Source: an uncultured Bacteroidota bacterium (GTDB lineage: Bacteria > Bacteroidota > Bacteroidia > Chitinophagales > Chitinophagaceae). From it: a stretch of DNA of 24,000 bases. This document shows, piece after piece, positions 1 to 6,798 of the stretch; position 1 is the first letter of the stretch; every line of letters begins with the position of its first letter. Location: the NCBI GenBank assembly GCA_903877645.1, contig CAIRES010000072.1:63822-87821 (forward strand). Direction: 5' to 3'. A program made the translations under genes and the position numbers. The notes beneath the pieces are model-generated. The model was given only the letters and a program-made list of their open reading frames with translations, ran no database searches and had not been told where the DNA came from.

Positions 1-2
1 GC

Positions 3-185
3 AGTTGGGATAAACTGGTAGACGTCACTGTTTTCCTGGTAGACATGAAGCGTGACTTCCAGACCTATAACAAGGTATACGCAGAATACTTCAAGGATAA
101 TCAGCCATGCCGCACCACTGTGGGCATAGATGCCCTACCAACGGCCATCGCCATTGAGCTGAAGTGCATAGCCACAATAGATTAG
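3..185 (+). CDS. RidA/YjgF-family (reactive intermediate deaminase / L-PSP) protein, C-terminal fragment; 5' end lies outside the window
   Basis: The frame is open from the window edge to TAG 183-185. The translation SWDKLVDVTVFLVDMKRDFQTYNKVYAEYFKDNQPCRTTVGIDALPTAIAIELKCIATID matches the conserved C-terminal half of the family (VtvFL.dm.dF...N.vY.eyF....PaRttv.v..LP....iEi..iA). Confidence 0.8.
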   Translation, partial: SWDKLVDVTVFLVDMKRDFQTYNKVYAEYFKDNQPCRTTVGIDALPTAIAIELKCIATID

Positions 186-718
186 TGGGTGAGGAACCCC
201 AGTACAAAGAAGTAGCAGGCGCCCATGGCCAGCAGCATACTAAGGTACCACATCAGTTTTCTGCGGGTGAGTATGGCTATCGCTGATATGGCTATTGCTA
301 TCTGGAAGATGGTCACAGCTCGCGATAATACTACGTGTACACGCATGTGCTCTTCTGAGCTGTTTTCAAGGTCTTCGGCCTCTTTTTTGATCTTTTCCTT
401 GTCGGCTTTATATTGCTCCATCTTTCCGGCATTTTCTTCCGGCAAGGGCTTGCCGATGGCTGCAAGCATAGTGGCCGTAGAAGCCGCTATCTCCGACTTT
501 ATACTCTTAGACTGGTAAAAGGCCCATTGGTCCGATGATTTGACCCGCTCCAGCATGGCCTCATTAGCATGGTGGTTGCCATACATACCTGCTATTGCCG
601 CCAGCACAGCTATGATAGCGGTGGAAAGAGCCACATAGAGTGTCCAGCGCTCTTTTTTCTCCTCGGCGGCCTCCAGGGTTTCTTTCAGCCTTTCGGTTGG
701 GTCTTCTAATTCTTCCAT
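182..718 (-). CDS. DUF4337-like membrane protein
   Basis: 178-aa ORF with an acidic N-terminus, a TM helix (LYVALSTAIIAVLAAIAG), then NEAML....SDQWAFYQSKSIKSEIA (the W.yYQaK.iK signature I associate with DUF4337) and a C-terminal TM pair. Its stop (182-184) overlaps the RidA stop. Confidence 0.65.
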   Translation of the reverse strand: MEELEDPTERLKETLEAAEEKKERWTLYVALSTAIIAVLAAIAGMYGNHHANEAMLERVKSSDQWAFYQSKSIKSEIAASTATMLAAIGKPLPEENAGKMEQYKADKEKIKKEAEDLENSSEEHMRVHVVLSRAVTIFQIAIAISAIAILTRRKLMWYLSMLLAMGACYFFVLGFLTH

Positions 719-850
719 GATATGACGGGGATGTGAATGTACAAAAAGTAAATGTGCTGTAATATTAAGAGTATTCTTAAAAAAATCAGAAAAAATTCTA
801 CATACGGCAAAATTTTATGCACAATTCTATTAGTTATAAGATAATAGCAA

Positions 851-858
851 TATTTTTG
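851..858 (+). promoter_or_regulatory. Candidate Bacteroidetes-type -7 box (TATTTTTG) for the 883 lipoprotein gene
   Basis: Exact match to TAnnTTTG, 24 nt upstream of ATG 883. No good -33 TTTG at the expected spacing. Confidence 0.4.
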
Positions 859-882
859 CACCCAAACTAAAATGTATTTACA

Positions 883-1290
883 ATGAAAAAACAATTCCTT
901 TTCCTGGCTGGTTGTGCAGTGATCCTTGCATCTTGCGGCAGCAACAATACCAATGCAGGCCAAACCCAGGCTCAGATAGACTCCAGCGTTAATGCTAAGA
1001 TGGCGCAGCATGATGCAGACAATGCTGCAAAGAACGACTCAACGCTGAAAGCTATAGAAAAAGAAAAGGCAGAAGCTATAGCTAAGGAGCATGAGGCCAA
1101 GCACGAAGAAAAACGTGCTGAAAAAGCGACTAATAATTCAACTCCTCCGGCAGCTCCTGCACCGGCCCCTTCGCCACAATCTGGTATGAAGGCTCATTCA
1201 GACCAAAGCCAGACTAGTCCTAATCCAACTGGGGTTAAACCAGCAGGTGGTGGTATGAAAGCACATGCTGATCAAAATCAGGGCCACTAA
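883..1290 (+). CDS. Small low-complexity lipoprotein (Lys/Glu/Ala-rich helix, Pro-rich linker, duplicated GMKAHxDQxQ motif)
   Basis: MKKQFLFLAGCAVILASCGS is a signal peptide with lipobox Cys. It has its own promoter-like box and a strong downstream terminator. No family recognised. Confidence 0.7.
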   Translation: MKKQFLFLAGCAVILASCGSNNTNAGQTQAQIDSSVNAKMAQHDADNAAKNDSTLKAIEKEKAEAIAKEHEAKHEEKRAEKATNNSTPPAAPAPAPSPQSGMKAHSDQSQTSPNPTGVKPAGGGMKAHADQNQGH

Positions 1291-1302
1291 TAAAGTATAA
1301 TT

Positions 1303-1344
1303 AAAAAAGAAAAACCGCATGTTTTCATGCGGTTTTTCTTTTTT
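1303..1344. terminator. Bidirectional intrinsic terminator shared by convergent genes 883..1290(+) and 1363..1905(-)
   Basis: Perfect 19-bp inverted repeat aaaaaagaaaaaccgcatg / catgcggtttttctttttt with a 4-nt loop (tttt). The GC core CCGCATG/CATGCGG is flanked by an A-tract on one side and a T-tract on the other, so it reads as hairpin plus U-run on both strands. Confidence 0.85.
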
Positions 1345-1362
1345 AATTAGTAGACAACGATA

Positions 1363-1905
1363 CTATTGTTTAGTAAAGTTGCTGAACGTATATGTTGTAG
1401 TTGTTGATCCCGCTTCTTGTAAAACAATAGAAGCTGTTGTGCCGGAAATAGTACCTGTACCTGTGTAAGTTAATCCTGCGCTTGTTGTAGAATTTACCGT
1501 GAATATAGCACCGGAAGCTGTGAATTGACTAAGTGTAACAGTCAAAACAGGAACACCTGCAGTTCCGCCTGTAGCATCCTGAATAGTAAGATTCATTGTA
1601 GTATAGTCTGTAGAACTGCTTGGAATTGAGAATAACATCCTGAAATTAGTATATGTATCACCTAAATTGTCTGTACCTGTGCCTACATACGTATTTGCAT
1701 ATGAAGTTTCGTAGATGGTGGTACAATTGTCAGCAACAGTTGTGCCGGTAGGGCAGGTACAAGTACCGCCGCTACAAGTGCCACCATGCTGGCAGGTTAC
1801 TCCTTTACATGCATCTTTGTTGCAGGAAGTGTACAATACGGCGCCGAATGCGCTCACAGCAAGAATTGCAGTTAATGCAATGTGTTTAATTGATTTCATA
1901 AGCAT
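1363..1905 (-). CDS. Lipoprotein with N-terminal EGF-like six-cysteine module and Thr/Ser/Gly-rich beta domain (paralog 1)
   Basis: Signal peptide ...AVLYTSC, then C-x4-C-x5-C-x4-C-x-C-x9-C (ACKGVTCQHGGTCSGGTCTCPTGTTVADNC). C-terminus ...TYTGTGTISGTTASI...FSNFTKQ is shared with the neighbour. The longest ORF starts at 1929, but a -7 box (1927-1934) lies inside that extension. The start is therefore probably ATG 1905 (MLMKSIKH) or 1899 (MKSIKH). Confidence 0.75.
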   Translation of the reverse strand: MLMKSIKHIALTAILAVSAFGAVLYTSCNKDACKGVTCQHGGTCSGGTCTCPTGTTVADNCTTIYETSYANTYVGTGTDNLGDTYTNFRMLFSIPSSSTDYTTMNLTIQDATGGTAGVPVLTVTLSQFTASGAIFTVNSTTSAGLTYTGTGTISGTTASIVLQEAGSTTTTYTFSNFTKQ

Positions 1906-1926
1906 TTGTTTGTTTAAAAATTTGAG

Positions 1927-1957
1927 CAAAAATAACTTTTAATGGCATTTCACCAAA
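1927..1957 (-). promoter_or_regulatory. Bacteroidetes sigma-A-type promoter for EGF-like lipoprotein 1
   Basis: On the minus strand: TTTG (1957-1954), 19-nt spacer, TATTTTTG (1934-1927). This is an exact match to -33 TTTG / -7 TAnnTTTG with canonical spacing. Confidence 0.6.
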
Positions 1958-2019
1958 TACGTAACGTAGTGGCGCTAAGAATTCTACAAAATCGTGCCAA
2001 CAACTCTAGATCACACAGG

Positions 2020-2571
2020 TTATTGTTTCACAAAGTTGGTCATCGTGACCGTAACCGGCGTTGCGCCAGTCTGGGTTTCCACAAGGTTCAGCGATGCTGA
2101 TGAAGTGCTGATGGTACCCGAACCGGTATAGGTGATAGTTCCTGATGTTGTTGCGGCTATCGTAAAAGAAGAGCCGCTTGCGCTGTTATTGGCCAGTGTT
2201 ACAGACATATTTACATCTCCTCCGCTGCCATGCCAGGTCAGCGACATCAGGTTGTAGTTTGCGGTGTCTGTACCTGCCTGAAAGTTCAGCGTATTGGCAG
2301 TATCCGAATGGTTGGTGTTATTAGTATCCAACACAGTGTAGGTATATAGCGCGTTGCCCTTATATTTATTGGCATATATTTCCCTGTACAGTATCTCGCA
2401 GTTATTCCCGCCAATACCGGGCTTACAGGTACAACTTCCCCCATTACACGAGCCATTGTTGATGCAGGTGGTGTTTTTGCATACATCTTTTTGGCAGGAG
2501 GTATACATGATCCCGCAAAGAGCGCTGATGGTAATAATGGCGGTTAATACTGCTTGCCTGGTTGCTCTCAT
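2020..2571 (-). CDS. Lipoprotein with N-terminal EGF-like six-cysteine module (paralog 2)
   Basis: MRATRQAVLTAIITISALCGIMYTSC, then VCKNTTCINNGSCNGGSCTCKPGIGGNNCE (same Cys spacing; CxCxxGxxGxxC-like end). C-terminus ...TYTGSGTISTSSASL...MTNFVKQ. The longest ORF starts at 2601 but overlaps the -7 box (2599-2606). ATG 2571 is the first start downstream of the predicted TSS. Confidence 0.75.
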   Translation of the reverse strand: MRATRQAVLTAIITISALCGIMYTSCQKDVCKNTTCINNGSCNGGSCTCKPGIGGNNCEILYREIYANKYKGNALYTYTVLDTNNTNHSDTANTLNFQAGTDTANYNLMSLTWHGSGGDVNMSVTLANNSASGSSFTIAATTSGTITYTGSGTISTSSASLNLVETQTGATPVTVTMTNFVKQ

Positions 2572-2598
2572 AATTTGCCTGTTGTTATTAATATTGTT

Positions 2599-2630
2599 CA
2601 AAGATAAGATATACCACTAATTACAGCAAA
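2599..2630 (-). promoter_or_regulatory. Bacteroidetes sigma-A-type promoter for EGF-like lipoprotein 2
   Basis: On the minus strand: TTTG (2630-2627), 20-nt spacer, TATCTTTG (2606-2599). The -7 box ends 27 nt (28 positions) upstream of ATG 2571, the same distance as from the paralog-1 box to ATG 1899. Confidence 0.6.
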
Positions 2631-2671
2631 TGATAAAAACCATTCCCGAAGGATTTTAACAGCCAACTACA

Positions 2672-2679
2672 TACTTTTG
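2672..2679 (+). promoter_or_regulatory. Candidate -7 box (TACTTTTG) for the TPR-like gene
   Basis: Exact TAnnTTTG match 17 nt before ATG 2697. It ends 2 nt upstream of the GTG (2682) that opens the longest ORF, which would leave that GTG upstream of the predicted TSS. This argues for the 2697 start. No convincing -33. Confidence 0.45.
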
Positions 2680-2696
2680 ATGTGGAATACCCCGAA

Positions 2697-4184
2697 ATGG
2701 TAAAAACGCTTTTGATATGGATTTTATTGCTTGCTACCTGCTATTCAAATAGCCGGGCAGCGGTATATACCTATGATTATTCCCCGAACTGTGCTAAGGC
2801 CTACCAGTGCTATATGGCGCTGCATGAAGATGAGGGCCGGAACTACATTATATCCGAGATCAGGGCAAACCCTTACAACCTGATGGCGGTATATGTAGCC
2901 GACTATGAAGATTGTACGCTGCTGCTCATCAATTGCGACCGGCATGAGTATGATGAAAGGGCTGCACACCTGGCTTCCCGCATCGACCTTATAGATAAGG
3001 GGAATAAGGCATCGCCCTGGTACCGTTTTTGCAAGGCGGGTATTTACTTTCATTGGGCCATAATAGCTACCCGTTTCGGGGAGCAATATAAAGCGGCGGT
3101 CAACTTTCACAAATCGTTTGCCCTGCTCAAAGAAAACAAAAGGCTGTTTCCGGGGTTTGATTATAACAACGTGTATTCGGGCCTGGAGGAAGCAGTAGTG
3201 GGTGCCTTGCCCGGCAACTACAAATGGCTGGCATCCATATTTGGTATGAAAGGCGATATAAAGAAAGGAGTGGCACAATTGGACTTGTTTCTCAAAGCAC
3301 ATTCTGCCGGGCAGCCCATGTATGCCGAAACGCAATTGTATAACCTGTTTACCCGCTATTATCTTGCTGCACAGCAGGACGAAGCCTGGGCCTTCATGAA
3401 TGGCAGCCAATTTACTACCACTAATAACCTGCTCAACGCCTTTACTAAAATAACGATAGCCCTCGACTATAAAAAGGCAGACGCAGCCATTGCTACCCTG
3501 AAGGAAGCAACAACAGACGCTTACTGCCGCAGGTATCCTTTCTTTGATCACCTTTGGGGTGTGGCATTGCTCGCAAAAGGCGATATGGCCTGCAATGGCT
3601 ATTTTACTAAATACCTGAAAACCACGAAAAGTGATGTGCATATAAAAGACGACTGGCAGAAGATGGCTTATGCCTGGTACATAGCCGGCAATATACAGGA
3701 GGCCGCTTATTGCCGGCAGCAGATCAGCAAAAACGGAACAGAACGGATAGATGCAGACAAGCAGGCGGCAAAATTTGCGGAAGATAAAGCCTGGCCGTTA
3801 CAGAAACTGTTACAGGCAAGGCTGCTGGCCGATGGTGGTTATAATGATAAGGCATTGCAGCTACTCAATAGCATAGACAGAAAGGAGCTCACCAACCCTG
3901 CCGATAAAACCGAGTATTTGTTCCGCCTCGGCAATATCTATGAAGCGAAAGGGGACAATAAAAGTGCACTTGAGCATTTTCAAACTGCTATCCTCGCTGG
4001 GAAAGAACTGCATGGCCAGTATGCCGCAAGGGCGGCGCTGCGCATGGGCATCATATACGAGTACAGCGGCATGAAAGTGAAAGCTGTGGCACTCTATAAA
4101 GAATGCCTCGGTATGCCTGCCCACGAAATGCAAAACTCAATAGATCAGCAAGCCAAAGCAGGCATCAACCGCATAGAAGGGTAG
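2697..4184 (+). CDS. Secreted TPR-like / all-helical repeat protein of unknown function
   Basis: MVKTLLIWILLLATCYSNSRA is a signal peptide. The ~495-aa helical protein has TPR-like C-terminal repeats (YLFRLGNIYEAKGDNKSALEHFQTAI; AALRMGIIYEYSGMKVKAVALYKECL). The ORF track gives 2682 (GTG) as an alternative start. Confidence 0.7.
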   Translation: MVKTLLIWILLLATCYSNSRAAVYTYDYSPNCAKAYQCYMALHEDEGRNYIISEIRANPYNLMAVYVADYEDCTLLLINCDRHEYDERAAHLASRIDLIDKGNKASPWYRFCKAGIYFHWAIIATRFGEQYKAAVNFHKSFALLKENKRLFPGFDYNNVYSGLEEAVVGALPGNYKWLASIFGMKGDIKKGVAQLDLFLKAHSAGQPMYAETQLYNLFTRYYLAAQQDEAWAFMNGSQFTTTNNLLNAFTKITIALDYKKADAAIATLKEATTDAYCRRYPFFDHLWGVALLAKGDMACNGYFTKYLKTTKSDVHIKDDWQKMAYAWYIAGNIQEAAYCRQQISKNGTERIDADKQAAKFAEDKAWPLQKLLQARLLADGGYNDKALQLLNSIDRKELTNPADKTEYLFRLGNIYEAKGDNKSALEHFQTAILAGKELHGQYAARAALRMGIIYEYSGMKVKAVALYKECLGMPAHEMQNSIDQQAKAGINRIEG

Positions 4185-4187
4185 TGG

Positions 4188-4811
4188 CTATATCTTTTCT
4201 ATTGCATCGACCCATTGGTTGAACAACCGCACTTCTATAGCACATACATCGGCGGCCAGCTTTTCCCATTCGGGGTGAAACTGCACCAGCATACGCTCCA
4301 TCTCGGCAAGGTGGCCTTCTTCTTCTGCAATGATAGATTTTACATTCACTTTCGATTTGTGCCTCGTCAGCGCTTCCTGGTAAATGCCATAAAGCATATC
4401 GGCACGTACTTCGATGGAATAAGTGACCAGCAGGTAAGCGCCATGTTTTAAAGCACGGCCTTCCAGGTGCAGTTTATTTTTTAGGTACCTGCATGCTTCT
4501 ACATCCAGCATGTTCAGGTAGTGGTGGCTTTCTATTGGGGCCAGCAGGTATGGGTACGAGTAGTCGGGGCAACCATCTTTGGTCAGCTTGCCTATTTGCT
4601 TCTTCAGGTAGTAAGCATGACGGGCTTCTTCGGCTGCATGTTTCAACACTATAAGCGTAGTATTTACCGGGTGTTCGTACTTCGATATTTTACGTGCCCC
4701 TGTATTCTCCATCATAGAGAGGCTGTTCAGCCACTTGGCATGCAGGTCATCGTTCACTACTACTTTCTCAGCTATCCTGCTTAATTTTTCTTCCTGTTTC
4801 ATCGGTTGCAA
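4188..4811 (-). CDS. Ferritin-like di-iron-carboxylate protein (full E / ExxH / E / ExxH ligand set), last gene of the bio operon; function unknown
   Basis: 207 aa, predicted helical. Candidate ligands are E35 (MMENTGA), E62-x-x-H65 (AAEEARH; nt 4617-4628), E134 (YSIEVRA) and E164-x-x-H167 (AEEEGH; nt 4311-4322). E-to-ExxH spacings are 27 and 30 residues, as in four-helix-bundle di-iron oxidases. Same strand as bioA, 25 nt downstream of it. Confidence 0.7.
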   Translation of the reverse strand: MQPMKQEEKLSRIAEKVVVNDDLHAKWLNSLSMMENTGARKISKYEHPVNTTLIVLKHAAEEARHAYYLKKQIGKLTKDGCPDYSYPYLLAPIESHHYLNMLDVEACRYLKNKLHLEGRALKHGAYLLVTYSIEVRADMLYGIYQEALTRHKSKVNVKSIIAEEEGHLAEMERMLVQFHPEWEKLAADVCAIEVRLFNQWVDAIEKI

Positions 4812-4836
4812 ATGTAACTTTTTTTTTGGGATAGGG

Positions 4837-6114
4837 TTAGTTGTTTAGCTGTCCGAGCAACTTATGGATGCGCTCATATATGTACGTCAGGTCCTCATCA
4901 GTAATGCAATAGGGTGGTATCAGGTAGATGATATTCCCCAATGGCCGCATAATGATTCCTTCCTCCAGGAAGAACCGGTACAGTACATCGCGCATATTGT
5001 GGTGGTACGATGGATTGTCTGTTTTCAATTCAATGGCAATGATCGTCCCGGTCTGCCGTACATCTGCGATGAGCTGATGGCCCGCCAATGTCTGTGCAAA
5101 AGCTGCATGTCGTTCGGCTATATGTTTTCTCTGTTCAGTACAGCCATCGGCCAATAGAAGATCGAGGCTCGCCAGCGCCGCAGCGCATATCGCCGGGTTG
5201 CCGGTGAAGGAGTGGCCGTGATAGAGCATTTTCATGCGGTCATCTTCGTAAAACGCATCGAATATAGCCTGGGTGGTAGCCGTAACACCCAGGGGCATAC
5301 TACCGCCGGTAAGCCCCTTGGACAGGCATACTATATCGGGCGCAGTAGTGATATGGTCGCACGCAAAGAGCTTACCCGTTCTGCCAAACCCGGTCATCAC
5401 CTCATCGGCGATCACAAGCGTATTGTGTTTCTTAGCCACCCTGAAATACTGATCCAGTACCTCCCGGCTGTACATACACATGCCTGCCGATCCTTGCACC
5501 AGCGGCTCCACGATGAGCGCTGCCACATCACCCTTTTGTAATGCCTCCTTCAATATGCCGATGCTCTCCGATACTTGATCTTTTGCAGGAAACGGGATGA
5601 ATGTTACATCAAACAAAAGATCAGTAAACGCCTCCGTAAACACACTCCTGCCACTCACCGACATGGCGCCGAATGTATCGCCATGATAGGCGTTCTCCAG
5701 CGCTACTATCCGTGTTTTCTTCACCCCTTTATTTTTCCAGTATTGCAGCGCCATTTTCAACGCCACCTCTACGGCAGTAGACCCATTGTCTGAATAGAAT
5801 ATCTTACGCATATCGCCGGGCAGTATGTCCAGCAGCCGTTCTGCGAGCAGCACTGCAGGCTCATGTGTAAAACCTGCAAAAATACAATGCTCCAGCACCG
5901 CCAGTTGCTCACTCACCTTTTGTGCGATGTAGGGGTGTGCATGGCCGTGCAGATTCACCCACCACGATGATATAGCGTCAACGTATTTTTTGCCATCTTC
6001 GTCATACAAATAAGCGCCTTCACCCTTAGTGATGGCTATAGCCTCAGGCCATGCCTTCATTGGTGTGTAAGGATGCCATATTACCTGCCTGTCGCGTTCT
6101 TTTATCGTAGCCAT
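4837..6114 (-). CDS. bioA: Adenosylmethionine-8-amino-7-oxononanoate aminotransferase
   Basis: 425 aa class-III PLP aminotransferase: VIWHPYT, WWVNLHGH, DEVMTGFGRTGKLFA, SKGLTGG (PLP Lys). Its ATG immediately follows the bioD stop with no gap. Confidence 0.93.
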   Translation of the reverse strand: MATIKERDRQVIWHPYTPMKAWPEAIAITKGEGAYLYDEDGKKYVDAISSWWVNLHGHAHPYIAQKVSEQLAVLEHCIFAGFTHEPAVLLAERLLDILPGDMRKIFYSDNGSTAVEVALKMALQYWKNKGVKKTRIVALENAYHGDTFGAMSVSGRSVFTEAFTDLLFDVTFIPFPAKDQVSESIGILKEALQKGDVAALIVEPLVQGSAGMCMYSREVLDQYFRVAKKHNTLVIADEVMTGFGRTGKLFACDHITTAPDIVCLSKGLTGGSMPLGVTATTQAIFDAFYEDDRMKMLYHGHSFTGNPAICAAALASLDLLLADGCTEQRKHIAERHAAFAQTLAGHQLIADVRQTGTIIAIELKTDNPSYHHNMRDVLYRFFLEEGIIMRPLGNIIYLIPPYCITDEDLTYIYERIHKLLGQLNN

Positions 6115-6756
6115 TTATTCGGTTGGTATGTTCAAAGCCCTTTGTAAATTTTCCCTGATATCATTCGCACATTGCTGTACACTGGTTTTATCCAGCTTAT
6201 CTATGTGCGGTATTCGTGCTATCACCTGCACACCCGCATACTGCTCAATAAAGCTTTCAGACGACTTATATGCTGCGCCGCAGATCACAATACCCAACAG
6301 GTCGATACCCCTGCTTTTCAGCACCTCTATACTCAGCAGCGTATGATTGATACTGCCTAAATAATTTTGCACCACTAATATAGAAGGGAGGCTGTAATGT
6401 GCTACAAAATCAGCCATGGTAGTGTTGCCTGACATAGGCGATAATATCCCCCCTGCCGTTTCCACCAGTAATACCTTATCTGTCTTCGGCCATTTAAATT
6501 TGGTGTAGTCTATCACCACCCCATCTATCGCTGCAGCAGCATGTGGCGACATAGGTTGCGTCAGTAACAAAGCTTCCGGGTGTACCCTTTCTTCGCCGTT
6601 CATCAATAGTTGTTTTACTACTACTGCATCCCTTTCTTCGATACCGGCCTGCACGGGCTTCCAGTAATCAGCCCCTATCGCTTCCGCTATCACAGCCGAT
6701 GCCACCGTTTTACCGATGCCTGTATGTATGCCCAGTATGGCTATTGAATAATTCAT
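6115..6756 (-). CDS. bioD: Dethiobiotin synthetase
   Basis: MNYSIAILGIHTGIGKTV carries the P-loop GxxTxxGKT. Context is between bioF and bioA. The ORF-track start at 6798 is a TTG codon adding 14 non-conserved residues, so ATG 6756 is preferred. Confidence 0.88.
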   Translation of the reverse strand: MNYSIAILGIHTGIGKTVASAVIAEAIGADYWKPVQAGIEERDAVVVKQLLMNGEERVHPEALLLTQPMSPHAAAAIDGVVIDYTKFKWPKTDKVLLVETAGGILSPMSGNTTMADFVAHYSLPSILVVQNYLGSINHTLLSIEVLKSRGIDLLGIVICGAAYKSSESFIEQYAGVQVIARIPHIDKLDKTSVQQCANDIRENLQRALNIPTE

Positions 6757-6798
6757 TGGATCAAAAGTAAGGATTGTAAGAATACCCTTCGGCTTCAA

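Noticed and set aside
706-1011. 101-aa minus-strand ORF spanning the AT-rich divergent promoter region and the start of the 883 lipoprotein gene
   Set aside because: It is mostly translated from AT-rich intergenic DNA (Ile/Leu/Phe/Tyr-rich). It overlaps both neighbouring real genes and contains the predicted promoter.
2745-3641. 298-aa ORF antisense to the TPR-like gene
   Set aside because: It lies entirely inside a better-supported + strand gene that has a signal peptide, a promoter box and TPR repeats. The antisense translation is Cys/His/Arg-rich nonsense with no motifs.
6757-6798. N-terminal extension of bioD (ORF-track start 6798)
   Set aside because: That start is a TTG codon adding 14 residues ahead of the conserved P-loop N-terminus. 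ATG 6756 gives the usual ~8 residues before GxxTxxGKT. It is kept as a possibility only.
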